A stretch of DNA of 47,460 nucleotides from Kineosporiaceae bacterium (GCA_036745175.1 DAIOGQ010000001.1:1-47460); one strand, 5' to 3'. Shown: positions 9,526 to 18,454, numbered from the stretch's first letter. The notes: generated by a model from the sequence alone, not told the origin. Translations and numbers: made by a program.

Positions 9526-10553
9526 CCCGCGCAGCGGCGCGGGCCGCTGGTCCCGGCCACCTCGTCGTCGTCGAGGGCGGACCCGAGGGGCTCACCGCAG
9601 TGCTCGCCACCGCCGACGGCCGGCCGCTCGCGACCGCGAGCGGTCCGGGTGCCGACCCGACGCACGACGGTGCCGCCCGGACCGCGGAGCGGGTCGCAGC
9701 GGTCGTCGCGCAGACCTACGTCGCGGCCGGCGTCGAGGCGCCGCCCCGGCCACGGCTCGACGCGCTCTCGGTGTTCGTGAGCGGCTGCGACCTGGACGAG
9801 GAGTCCGACCTGCTCACCGAGTCGCTGTCGAGCGTCGCGGAGGCCCGCGAGACGGTCGTAGACGACGCTGCGCTCGCGCTGCTGCGGGCCGGGTCGGCAG
9901 CGGACGGCGTGGCCGTCCGCTGCGGTGCCGTGACGGGCTGCGCGGCGACCCGGGACGGCGTCCGGTACCGGTTCCCGGTGCTCGGCCGGGCCGGCGGTGA
10001 CTGGGGCGGCATGATCGGGCTCGGCGAGGAGGCCCTCTGGTGGGCCGCCCGGGCGGGCGACGGCCGCGGCGTGCCGACGAGCCTGGCCCGGCTCGCCCCG
10101 CTGACGCTCGGGCACCACACGAGCGCGGCGGTCGCCCGCGCGCTGCGCCGCGGCGAGCTGGCCAGGATCCGACTCGCCGAGCTGGCCCCGGTGGTGCTGC
10201 GTGCTGCGGCGGCCGGTGACTCGGTAGCGGTCCAGCTCGTCGACCGGCAGGCCGCCGAGCTGGCCCTCACCGCGCACGCAGCGCTCGACACGGCAGGGCT
10301 GCTCGGGACCGGCACGGACGTCGTCCTCGGCGGCGGCCTCGTCGCCGCGGACGCCGGGCTCCTCGTCGACGGCGTCCGGCAGCGCCTGGACGAGGTGGCC
10401 CCGCAGGCCCGGGTGGTCGTGAGCGCCCGGCCCGCGGTCACCGGTGGCCTCGACCTCACGTGCGAGCACCTGCGCGAGGCGGGCCGACTGGCGGCGCGGG
10501 CCGGGAGGGTCGTCTCCGGGCGGCCGCTGCCGGCGGTCCGGCCGCCGGCCTGA
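9522..10553 (+). CDS. BadF/BadG/BcrA/BcrD (N-acetylglucosamine kinase-like) ASKHA protein with degenerate catalytic motifs
   Basis: RFP-x-LG-x-x-x-GDWGG, ARAGDGRG, AAAGD-x-VA, VVLGGG; GTGA overlap with the ROK stop; phosphate-1 loop reads EGGPEGL. Confidence 0.82.
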   Translation: MTRAAARAAGPGHLVVVEGGPEGLTAVLATADGRPLATASGPGADPTHDGAARTAERVAAVVAQTYVAAGVEAPPRPRLDALSVFVSGCDLDEESDLLTESLSSVAEARETVVDDAALALLRAGSAADGVAVRCGAVTGCAATRDGVRYRFPVLGRAGGDWGGMIGLGEEALWWAARAGDGRGVPTSLARLAPLTLGHHTSAAVARALRRGELARIRLAELAPVVLRAAAAGDSVAVQLVDRQAAELALTAHAALDTAGLLGTGTDVVLGGGLVAADAGLLVDGVRQRLDEVAPQARVVVSARPAVTGGLDLTCEHLREAGRLAARAGRVVSGRPLPAVRPPA

Positions 10554-10592
10554 GCGCAGGGGGCACGCACGCGCAACCCACGCACAACGGCG

Positions 10593-10709
10593 GCGGCTCG
10601 AAGCCGGTTGACTCACCAGGGCCTTCGCCTGTCCGCCCTGACGCCGCCGGGCTGTCGGGGCGGTCGGTGGCTTTCGGTCACCTTCCTGGGTGAGCCGGCT
10701 TCGAGCCGC
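10593..10709. other. Branched palindromic intergenic element (REPIN/MITE-like or structured ncRNA)
   Basis: Perfect 15-bp inverted repeat (10593-10607 / 10695-10709), inner stem 10612-10620 / 10685-10694, internal hairpins 10633-10663 and 10666-10682; lies between convergent genes. Confidence 0.6.
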
Positions 10710-10750
10710 AGGCAGAAGTCTCCTCCCTCGGGGCGAGGACGCCTTGGGAC

Positions 10751-11764
10751 CTAAGCCTCTCTTCCGGGCCCGGACCCGCCGCGCTCGTGCCACCGGGCGA
10801 GCAGGCCGGCCTCGCGCTCGGCGGTGAGCCCGACGCCGGCGACGAGCGGCGTCACGTCCGCGGCGGCGAGGACGTCGTGCGCGGACTCGGCGAGCGGCCG
10901 GTGCACGAGCCCGCGCGCCAGCGCCGCGGACGGGTCGACGGCGCCGACCCAGTCGACCTCGCCGCCGTGCCACAGCGGCAGGTCGGACGGCGTGACGCCC
11001 TCGTCGACGGCGAACCCCGGGTCGACCCACGTGATCGTCGTGCCCGCGGGCGCCACGGCTGCACGGGTCTGGTCGAGAAGGTCCTCGAGCGACCACGGCG
11101 GTCGCGGTCCCGCGACGTGGACGGCGCCGCTCGCACCGGACTCGACGAGCCGGACGACGAAGCCCGCGAGGTCGCGTGCGTCGACGACCTGGACCGGCTG
11201 GTCCCTCGGGCCCGCGGCGAGCACCTCGCCACCGCGGGCGAACCGTCGTACCCAGGAGGTCCACCGACCGGTCGGGTCGTGCGGCCCGACGACATACGTC
11301 GGACGCACGACGAGGGTCTGCGGGCCGAAGGCCTCGACCGCCGCGTACTCGCACAGCGCCTTGAGACCGCCGTAGGTGGCTGCGGTGACCTCCTCGGCGT
11401 CCTCGTCGTCGAGGACGGCGAGCGGCGCGTCCTCGGTGATGCCGGGCCGGTCGACGTCCGCGTAGGCGGAGATCGACGAGACGAGGACGTAGCGGCCGCC
11501 GCGGCCCGTCGCCAGGCCCAGCGTGTCGCCGAGCGCGCGGACCTGCCGGGGCACGTAGGCGCAGACGTCGACCGTCGCGTCCCACGTACCGTCGGCGAGC
11601 GCCGACAGGTCCGCGTCCCGGTCGCCGTGCCGGTGGTCGGCCGCCGGGAACGGCTCGCCGGCCCCACCGCGGTGGAACAGCGTCACCTCGTGCCCCGCCG
11701 CGAGCGCCGCCGCGACGATGTGCCGGCCGACGAACCGGGTTCCTCCGATGACGAGCAGGCGCAC
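10751..11764 (-). CDS. NAD-dependent epimerase/dehydratase (extended SDR) family protein
   Basis: GGTRFVG Rossmann motif, YGGLK (YxxxK), RP-x-YVVGPHD, VDARDLA. Confidence 0.9.
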   Translation of the reverse strand: MRLLVIGGTRFVGRHIVAAALAAGHEVTLFHRGGAGEPFPAADHRHGDRDADLSALADGTWDATVDVCAYVPRQVRALGDTLGLATGRGGRYVLVSSISAYADVDRPGITEDAPLAVLDDEDAEEVTAATYGGLKALCEYAAVEAFGPQTLVVRPTYVVGPHDPTGRWTSWVRRFARGGEVLAAGPRDQPVQVVDARDLAGFVVRLVESGASGAVHVAGPRPPWSLEDLLDQTRAAVAPAGTTITWVDPGFAVDEGVTPSDLPLWHGGEVDWVGAVDPSAALARGLVHRPLAESAHDVLAAADVTPLVAGVGLTAEREAGLLARWHERGGSGPGREA

Positions 11765-11853
11765 GGCCGGCCCCCTTCTGTGTCGTCGTGCCCGACGGTC
11801 GCGGCACGCCTGGAACGCTACGGGGCCGGCCGGCGGCTGCGCGTCGGGCGGGC

Positions 11854-12699
11854 TCAGCCGGCGGGCTCCTCGTCGCCGGCGAGGATCCGGTACATCGCGC
11901 GACGAGCCTCGTCGATCGCCGCCACCGCCCGAGCGGTCTGGCCCTCGTCCGCGAGCCGGGCGACCTGCTCGACGGCGGCTCCGAGTCCGGCCATGCCCTG
12001 CATGAGCTGCTGGACACGCTCGACGGGACCGGAGTCCGCGACGACCCACGGCTCGCGCAGGTCGTCGGCGTGCTCGGCGACGTGGGTCCGGCCCGCATCG
12101 GTGAGCGCGAACACCCGGCGGCCGTCGGCCTCGGTGGCCGCGACGAGGCCCTCGTCCTGGAGCTGGGCCAGGACCGGGTAGACCGATCCCGGGCTCGGCC
12201 GCCAGAGGCCACCGCTGCGCTCGGCGAGCTCGGTCATGATCGAGTAGCCGTGCCGGGGCTCCTCGGCGAGCAGCGCGAGGATCGCAGCGCGGACGTTGCC
12301 GCGCCGGCTCCGGCGGTGCCGCCAGCCGTGGCCGCCGTGGCCGCCGTGGCCGCCGCGACCACCGGGACCACCGGGGCCACCGGGGCCACCGGGGCCACCG
12401 GGACCGAAGCCGAAGCCGCCGGGGCCGAAGCCGCCGGGACCGAAACCCGGACCCGGGCCGAACCCGGGGCGTCCCGGACCGAAGCGTGGGCCGCCACGGC
12501 GGCCGCGGCCCCGGCCTGCGTCGGCATCGGGCTCGTCCGGCTCGTGGGCGAAGCCGCCGTGGGGGGCCCGCCCGGCGTTCGGGCCGGCGGAGCGACGGCC
12601 GAAGGGGCCGCCGTACGGGCGCGGCCCCGAGAACGGACCGCGGAAGCGTGCGCCGTCGGCGGGGCCGTCGGCGGTCGTGGGGATGAAGGGGCGTCTCAT
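11854..12699 (-). CDS. PadR family transcriptional regulator with Gly/Pro/Phe-rich N-terminal region
   Basis: RRGNVRAAILALLAEEPRHGYSIM...WRPSPGSVYP-x-L-x-QL-x-DEGL; C-terminal R+AMY-x-ILA; GGAGG RBS. Confidence 0.92.
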   Translation of the reverse strand: MRRPFIPTTADGPADGARFRGPFSGPRPYGGPFGRRSAGPNAGRAPHGGFAHEPDEPDADAGRGRGRRGGPRFGPGRPGFGPGPGFGPGGFGPGGFGFGPGGPGGPGGPGGPGGRGGHGGHGGHGWRHRRSRRGNVRAAILALLAEEPRHGYSIMTELAERSGGLWRPSPGSVYPVLAQLQDEGLVAATEADGRRVFALTDAGRTHVAEHADDLREPWVVADSGPVERVQQLMQGMAGLGAAVEQVARLADEGQTARAVAAIDEARRAMYRILAGDEEPAG

Positions 12700-12721
12700 G
12701 GGATGTCCTCCGTGTCGATGG

Positions 12722-12741
12722 GTTGACGATATATCGGTAAC
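12722..12741. promoter_or_regulatory. Palindromic operator upstream of padR (probable autoregulatory site)
   Basis: GTTgaCGATATATCGgtAAC, with a perfect AT-rich core CGATATATCG at 12727-12736 about 28 bp upstream of the padR ATG. Confidence 0.6.
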
Positions 12742-12809
12742 TCGTCACTCCCGAGGATTGTTCCCGACCGGAGGGCGGGTGCCGTCGTCGACGCCCCCGC
12801 CGCGGCGCG

Positions 12810-13214
12810 CTAACGGCCGAGGAGGCCGAGCCGGTCCGTCGGGACGACGTCCTTGCCGAGCGGCGCGAGCGCGAGCAGGCCGATCTTGAAGGTCGCGATC
12901 CCGAACGGGATGCCGATGATCGTCACGCACAGCCCGGCGGCGGCGACGACATGCCCGAGGAAGATCCAGATCCCGGCGAGGACGAACCACAGCACGTTGC
13001 CCACCGCGCTGCCGACCCCGGCGGTCGGCCGGGTCACGACCGTGCGGCCGAAGGGCCAGACGGTGTAGAGCGCGATCCGCCAGGACGCCACGGCGAACGG
13101 GATCGTGACGACGAGGACGAGCATGACGAGCGCGGCGACCGCGAAGGTCAGCGCCGACGCCCAGCCGACGAGAACCAGCCACGCAACGTTGAGCACGATC
13201 CGCAGGAGCCCCAC
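12810..13214 (-). CDS. YccF domain inner membrane protein
   Basis: Duplicated YccF repeat: LNVAWLVL-x-GW...TIPFA...WPFG and GNVLWFVLAGIW...TIIGIPFG...LAPLG. Confidence 0.92.
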   Translation of the reverse strand: MGLLRIVLNVAWLVLVGWASALTFAVAALVMLVLVVTIPFAVASWRIALYTVWPFGRTVVTRPTAGVGSAVGNVLWFVLAGIWIFLGHVVAAAGLCVTIIGIPFGIATFKIGLLALAPLGKDVVPTDRLGLLGR

Positions 13215-13346
13215 GTCGCCAGCGTAGGCGTGCGTGGGTGGTTGCACCGGACGCCACGCACTGTGATCCTTCAACCCGGAACGGTGAGCGCCCGCTGCCG
13301 AGCGTCATCGCCGTCCGCCGTTCGTGGAACCGGCCCCGGGAGGATC

Positions 13347-15848
13347 ATGGCCTCGCGCGCGAGTGCCTTGCTCGGCTCGCTCCTCGACCGCCTCGTGCCG
13401 TCGGGGCGCCGCCGCTCGGGCCGGTCGTACGCCTGGGACGCCCCGTCACGCTGGTCACAGGCGTGGCCGCCGTCCCAGCGCACCGGCGAGAGCGGCCCGG
13501 CCGGTGACCAGGACGAGGCCGCGCAGACGGCCGCGGAGAGGGTGCGGGTCACGGTCGTCGGACCCGTGGCTGAGAACAGCGAGACGCCCGTCGTCGAGGG
13601 CACCATCGAGGACGAGTCGTCGGGAGCCGCGGACGGCGGCGATCCCGGCGGCCCCGACGGCCCCGGCGATCCCGGCGGCCCCGGCGGCCCCGACCATGAC
13701 CACCTGAACGGTCTCGACGACCCGGCGGGGGCGCCCGACCACGCCGACCTCGCGGCCGCTGCCGCGACCTCGGGCGCGGGGGCCCGGCTGGGGGCGCACT
13801 GGCCCGCCGCCGTGGCCATCGTCGTCTGCGGTGCGCTCGTCCTGGGGTACATCGTCGGCCACGAGCCGATCGGCAGATGGCTCGAGGGCCAGTGGGTCCA
13901 GCAGGCCGCACGGCAGTTCACGCAGGCATGGCAGGGCGGTCGGCTCGGCCGGGTCACCTTCGACCGGGCGTCGGTCGCCGACGCGTCCCCGGCGGACCTG
14001 TCCGCGACGGTCGCGACCCGGTCCGCCGCTGCCACGGCGGGGCTCACGGCGAAGGCCGACGACCGCCCCAGCCAGGTCGACCTGGTCGACGGCCCGGACC
14101 TCGCGCCCGCGCGGTCCGGCACCGACCGGACGGCGACCCAGCAGGCCCGCGTCACCTGGCGCCTGGACGGTGGCCGGGCCTGGAGCTACACGACGACGCT
14201 CGCCCTGCGCCAGCGCGGGAGCCGCTGGCGGGTCGTGTGGAGCCCGGCGACGCTGCACCCCGCGCTCACCGACTCCACGGGCCTGGTCGCCGAGCGGGTC
14301 CAGCCGCCGCGCGCACCGATCCTCGGGGCAGGGAACGTCGCTCTCGTCCGCACCGGGGAGGTGCACCTGGTCACCTACCGCAAGCCGGGATGGCTCGTCC
14401 GCCGCGGCGACCTGCGCACGCTGGCCGGGCTCGTCGGCGTCGACGCCGACCGGCTCGTGGCCCGGGTCGGCGACGCTCGCACGGGTGACGTCCTCGAGGT
14501 GACGAGGTTGCGAGCGTCCGCCTGGAACGCCGTCCGGAACAGGGTTCGCGCCATCCGGGGGACGGGCGAGGAGACGGTGCTGCTGCCCCTCGCCCCGAGC
14601 CCGACGTACGCCCACTCCCTCCTCGGCGATGCCCTGCCCGCCTCGGGCGAGGTCGCCGACGCGTCCGGCGGGGCGGTCCTGCGGGGCGACCTCACCGGCG
14701 TCACCGGCCTGCAGCGGACGTTCGACGAGCGGCTGCGCGGCACGGCCGGGCTGCGCGTCGTTCGCGAGCCGCTGCCGGCCTCGGGGGCGCTCGCGCCGCG
14801 GTCCGTCCGCAGCGGCGAGGACGCGACGACGAACCGGGTCGGGCCCGACCTCTCCGCGCCGAAGCCCGGGACCCCGCTGCGGCTCACGCTCGAGGACCGC
14901 GTCCAGCGGGCCGCCCAGGCAGCGGTCGACGGGGCGCGGGGGCGGGCCTCGCTCGTCGCGGTCGACGTGAGCACGGGCGAGGTGCTCGCCGTCGCGAGCA
15001 ACGTCGACGAGGAGTGGGACCGACCACTCCTCGGCGCCTACCCACCGGGCTCGACGTTCAAGGTCGTCACGGCGTGGGCGCTCACCGGTCGGGGCGTCAC
15101 TGCGTCCGAGCCGTTGGCGTGCCCCGCGTCGGTCACGGTCGGCGGCAACCCGTTCCGCAACGCGAACCGGGCGCCGGGTGGCGTGCACCCGCTCGCCCGG
15201 CAGTTCGCGATGTCGTGCAACACGGCCTTCGCGGGCCTCGGGTCGCGGGTGCCGGACGACGCGCTCGCGGCGGCGGCCCGCGACCTCGGGATCGGCGTCC
15301 CGGCCCGGAGCCTCGGCGTCGGCGCCTTCTCCGGCTCGGTGCCGCCGACGCGGACGACCGCGAACCACGCCGCTGCGCTCATCGGCCAGGACCGGGTGAG
15401 CGTGAGCCCGCTGAGCGTCGCCGTCGCGTCGGCGACCGTGGCAGGCGGCCGCTACCGGTCCCCGCAGCTCGTGCTCGACGTCCCGCGGGAGGACCCCACG
15501 ACGGGGCCGGTGCTCGACCCCGGGCGGCTGCGGACCATCCGCTCCCTCATGTGCGAGGCGGTCCGCTCCGGGACGGCGCGGGCGCTCCGGCGGGCCCCGG
15601 GCGGTCCGGTGTCGGGCAAGACCGGGACCGCGCAGTACGGCGACCCGGTCCCCATCGGCGCGCACGCCTGGTTCACCGGCTACCAGGGGAACGTCGCCTT
15701 CGCCGTCGTCATCGAGGGTGGCGGCTACGGGGCGGCTGCGGCTGTCCCCGTCGCGCTGCGCTTCCTGAGCGACGTCAACGGCGACGCCCGGGCGCGCCCG
15801 GCCGCCTCGTGCGGACCGGCGTCGGCGGCGATCGCCGCCGATCGCTGA
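13347..15848 (+). CDS. Penicillin-binding protein (class B-like transpeptidase with MecA-type N-terminal domain)
   Basis: SxxK (PGSTFK), SxN (SCN), KTGT; one TM helix after an acidic disordered N-terminus; GGAGG before the ATG. Confidence 0.9.
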   Translation: MASRASALLGSLLDRLVPSGRRRSGRSYAWDAPSRWSQAWPPSQRTGESGPAGDQDEAAQTAAERVRVTVVGPVAENSETPVVEGTIEDESSGAADGGDPGGPDGPGDPGGPGGPDHDHLNGLDDPAGAPDHADLAAAAATSGAGARLGAHWPAAVAIVVCGALVLGYIVGHEPIGRWLEGQWVQQAARQFTQAWQGGRLGRVTFDRASVADASPADLSATVATRSAAATAGLTAKADDRPSQVDLVDGPDLAPARSGTDRTATQQARVTWRLDGGRAWSYTTTLALRQRGSRWRVVWSPATLHPALTDSTGLVAERVQPPRAPILGAGNVALVRTGEVHLVTYRKPGWLVRRGDLRTLAGLVGVDADRLVARVGDARTGDVLEVTRLRASAWNAVRNRVRAIRGTGEETVLLPLAPSPTYAHSLLGDALPASGEVADASGGAVLRGDLTGVTGLQRTFDERLRGTAGLRVVREPLPASGALAPRSVRSGEDATTNRVGPDLSAPKPGTPLRLTLEDRVQRAAQAAVDGARGRASLVAVDVSTGEVLAVASNVDEEWDRPLLGAYPPGSTFKVVTAWALTGRGVTASEPLACPASVTVGGNPFRNANRAPGGVHPLARQFAMSCNTAFAGLGSRVPDDALAAAARDLGIGVPARSLGVGAFSGSVPPTRTTANHAAALIGQDRVSVSPLSVAVASATVAGGRYRSPQLVLDVPREDPTTGPVLDPGRLRTIRSLMCEAVRSGTARALRRAPGGPVSGKTGTAQYGDPVPIGAHAWFTGYQGNVAFAVVIEGGGYGAAAAVPVALRFLSDVNGDARARPAASCGPASAAIAADR

Positions 15849-15864
15849 GCCGATCGGCCTGCTG

Positions 15865-16659
15865 TCAGGGCGCGCCGGCGGCCCGGTCGGCGTTGGCGTG
15901 GATCGCGTCCCGGACGAAGTGCGCCAGCCCGGGCGCGACCTGCTCGTAGTGCGCGGTGAAGCGCGGGTCGGTGACGTACATGTCGCCCAGGCCACGGTGC
16001 ATCTCGTGGCTGCAGGCGTAGAACCACTTCGTGATCATGAGCCGCTGCGCCTCGGCGGCGTCCGTCGCCTCGGGGCTGTCCGGGGCCAGACCGCGGGCCA
16101 TGACGTCGGCATAGGCACCGCCGGCGGCCTCCTGCTCGGCCTTCATCGCGAGCCAGTCCGCCGTGGTGTACCGGCGGCTGCGCTCCTGGGACTGCTTCCA
16201 CGGGTCGGACCCGCCCCAGCGCTGCTCCGCCTCGTCGGCGTACTGCGTCGGGTCGTCGTCGCCGAAGACCTCGAGGATCTCCTGCGGGGTCAGCTCGATC
16301 CCCATCGTCCGTGCCTCCATCGTCGTCTCCACCGCGGCCAGCACCTGCCGGAGCCGCTCGATCCGCTGCGCGAGGACGTCCCGCTGGCGGCGCAGCAGCG
16401 CCAGCTCGTCGTCCGGCCCGTCCCCCGCCCCCGGCGGGGCGTCGAGCAGCCGGCCGACGTCGTCGAGGCCGAACCCGAGCTCGCGGTACGCGAGGATCCG
16501 TTGCAGCCGGACGAGGTCGGCACCGTCGTACTGGCGGTAGCCGGCGCGCGTGCGCCGGCTCGGGCGCAGCAGCCCGACCTCGTCGTAGTGGTGCAGCGTG
16601 CGCACCGTGACGCCGGCCAGCCGCGCGACCTCGCCGACCGGCAGCCCCTCGCCGTCCAT
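15865..16659 (-). CDS. MerR family regulator with TipAS antibiotic-recognition domain (TipA-like)
   Basis: VGEVARLAGVTVRTLHHYDEVGLL-x-P, internal Met before GIELTPQE, EAEQRWG, FYACS...LGDMYV-x-DPRF...GLA-x-FV-x-DAI. Confidence 0.93.
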   Translation of the reverse strand: MDGEGLPVGEVARLAGVTVRTLHHYDEVGLLRPSRRTRAGYRQYDGADLVRLQRILAYRELGFGLDDVGRLLDAPPGAGDGPDDELALLRRQRDVLAQRIERLRQVLAAVETTMEARTMGIELTPQEILEVFGDDDPTQYADEAEQRWGGSDPWKQSQERSRRYTTADWLAMKAEQEAAGGAYADVMARGLAPDSPEATDAAEAQRLMITKWFYACSHEMHRGLGDMYVTDPRFTAHYEQVAPGLAHFVRDAIHANADRAAGAP

Positions 16660-16688
16660 GGACCCCCCCTGCGAACCCGTCGCCGTCG

Positions 16689-16719
16689 ACGCTAGAGCGT
16701 CACGTCACGGGAGGGTCCA
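16689..16719 (-). promoter_or_regulatory. MerR-type (ptipA-like) promoter and operator
   Basis: Minus strand: TGGACC, 19 bp spacer, TAGCGT; the spacer carries CCTCCCGTGACGTGACG, close to the Streptomyces tipA operator CCTCACGTCACGTGAGG as I recall it. Confidence 0.8.
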
Positions 16720-16875
16720 GCCCGTCGCCGGCACGAGCCGGCCCACCCGGACCCGTCACGTCGCCGCGGAGCACCGTGGCGTCGTCGGGACAGACTCGGC
16801 AGATCTGACCATGCGTGATGCATCGACTCTCTAGAGTGACAGCGTCACACGGGAGGTCGAGTGCGGGGGACGGAC

Positions 16876-17613
16876 GTGGCCGTTCGACAAGCACAGCCGG
16901 ACGCCGACGCGCTGGGCTGGGCCGACGAGGTGGTCCTGCGGACGATGCTGGCGCTCGAGCCGGCGGCGGACGCCGGGCGTGCGACCGGGATGGCCGCCTA
17001 CATGCGGGGGCAGTTCCCGTTCCTCGGCATCCCGGCCCCGCTGCGCTCGGGGCTCCTGCGCAGCGCCTGGGCGGACCTCCCGGAGCCGTCGCCGTCCGAC
17101 CTCGGCGACGCGGTCACCCACCTGTGGCGGCTCCACGGGCGCGAGTACCAGTACGCGGCGTGCGACCTCCTCGGCCGCCACCTCGGGACGCCGCGGCGGG
17201 CGGCACAGGCCGACCCCGCGTTCCTCACCGGCGTCGTCCGGCCGCTGCTCGTGACCAAGGCGTGGTGGGACACCGTCGACGCGCTGCGCGGCGCGGCCGT
17301 CGGGCCGCTCGTCGCGGCGCACCCCGGCCTCGTCGAGGTGATGCGCGGGTGGGTCGAGGACGACGACCGCTGGCTCGTGCGGTCGGCGGTCATCCATCAG
17401 CTGGGCTACCGCGACCGGACCGACGAGGCCCTGCTCCTCGACCTGTGCGCGCGGCGGGCCGCCGACCGGGAGTTCTTCGTCGCCAAGGCGATCGGCTGGG
17501 CGCTGCGCACCCACGCGAAGCGCCGCCCGGACGCCGTCCGGCAGTTCTGCGCAGACCACCCCGAGCTCACCCCGCTCGCCCGTCGCGAGGCGCTCAAGCA
17601 CCTCGCCGGCTGA
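16876..17613 (+). CDS. DNA alkylation repair enzyme (AlkD-like HEAT-repeat glycosylase family)
   Basis: MAAYMR-x-QFPFLG, REYQY-x-A, WWDTVD, EFFVAKAIGWALR, REALKHL; start may be 16861 or 16876. Confidence 0.9.
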   Translation: MAVRQAQPDADALGWADEVVLRTMLALEPAADAGRATGMAAYMRGQFPFLGIPAPLRSGLLRSAWADLPEPSPSDLGDAVTHLWRLHGREYQYAACDLLGRHLGTPRRAAQADPAFLTGVVRPLLVTKAWWDTVDALRGAAVGPLVAAHPGLVEVMRGWVEDDDRWLVRSAVIHQLGYRDRTDEALLLDLCARRAADREFFVAKAIGWALRTHAKRRPDAVRQFCADHPELTPLARREALKHLAG

Positions 17614-17632
17614 GCCGAGCCGCCGGGGGCAC

Positions 17633-17696
17633 CGTCCTGTGGTGTCCAACGGGCCCTACACCGCGGGGCGTAGGGCCCCTTGCACACCAGAGGACG
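17633..17696. repeat. Long imperfect palindrome between convergent genes (REP-like or bidirectional terminator)
   Basis: cgtcct-g-tggtgt-c-caa-c-gggccctac ... gtagggccc-c-ttg-c-acacca-g-aggacg. Confidence 0.65.
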
Positions 17697-17738
17697 TCGC
17701 AGGCACGCGTCGGGCGCGGGGGCCTCGCCGACTCGCGC

Positions 17739-18179
17739 TCAGGTCTCGGCGGACTCGGCGACGGCGGACAGGCCCTTCGACCAGCGCTCCTCGAGCGCGG
17801 CGAGGTCGAGGCCCTCGTGGAGATGGGTCTGGCTGAGGTCGACGACCGTGCCGTCACCGTCGGCGCGCAGGTCGACCTCGACGATCGTCGGCGGTTCATC
17901 GGCCGATGCGTGCCAGGAGACACGCAGCTGCTCGAGCGGGTGGTAGCTCCGGACGACCCCGTAGGTCCCGTCCGCGCAGTGGTACGGCTCCCCCTTGGCC
18001 CCGAGCACCGCGCCCTCACCGAGCAGCGCCCGCGAGCCCGTCGGGCTCACGAGCACGTCCCAGACGTGGGTGAGCGGGGCCGACACACCCCGGCTCACCG
18101 TGACGGCCTGCGGTGCGTCCGGGCCGTCGGACTTCCCGACGGACTGCGCCTCCGAGTCCGTGCCAACGCTCGCCGACAT
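17739..18179 (-). CDS. SRPBCC (START/Aha1-like) domain protein
   Basis: VSRGVSAPLTHVWDVL, LRVSW, TVVDLSQTHL, C-terminal helix with W; AGGAGG RBS. Confidence 0.85.
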   Translation of the reverse strand: MSASVGTDSEAQSVGKSDGPDAPQAVTVSRGVSAPLTHVWDVLVSPTGSRALLGEGAVLGAKGEPYHCADGTYGVVRSYHPLEQLRVSWHASADEPPTIVEVDLRADGDGTVVDLSQTHLHEGLDLAALEERWSKGLSAVAESAET

Positions 18180-18454
18180 CGCGCCTCCTAGATCCGCTGA
18201 ACCGGCTCCGGTCGCGGAACCGGCAGGTGTCCAGTCGACCCCTTTGGCGCCACGTCCACAAGTCCCTGGGGCGTGCCGGGGCCCGTCACACGGCGTGTCG
18301 CGCGACCGGGCCCGGACCACCGGGCGGCGCAGGGCACAAGGTCCCGGCCTCCCCGGACCGACCCCCTGGCCCGGGCGCACGCGGACCGCGGCCGGCCGGG
18401 CTGCTCGCGACGGTGACATAGGACCCGGCGCGACGACCCCTGCCGGCGAGTGAG

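Noticed and set aside
10593..10709. tRNA, SRP RNA, tmRNA or a known riboswitch
   Set aside because: No T-loop/D-loop/CCA pattern, no SRP GGAA/AGCAG motif, no TPP, B12, SAM or c-di-AMP consensus; it lies 3' of both flanking genes
12296..12889. Collagen-like (GPP)n ORF on the plus strand
   Set aside because: It is the antisense reading of the PadR Gly-Pro repeats
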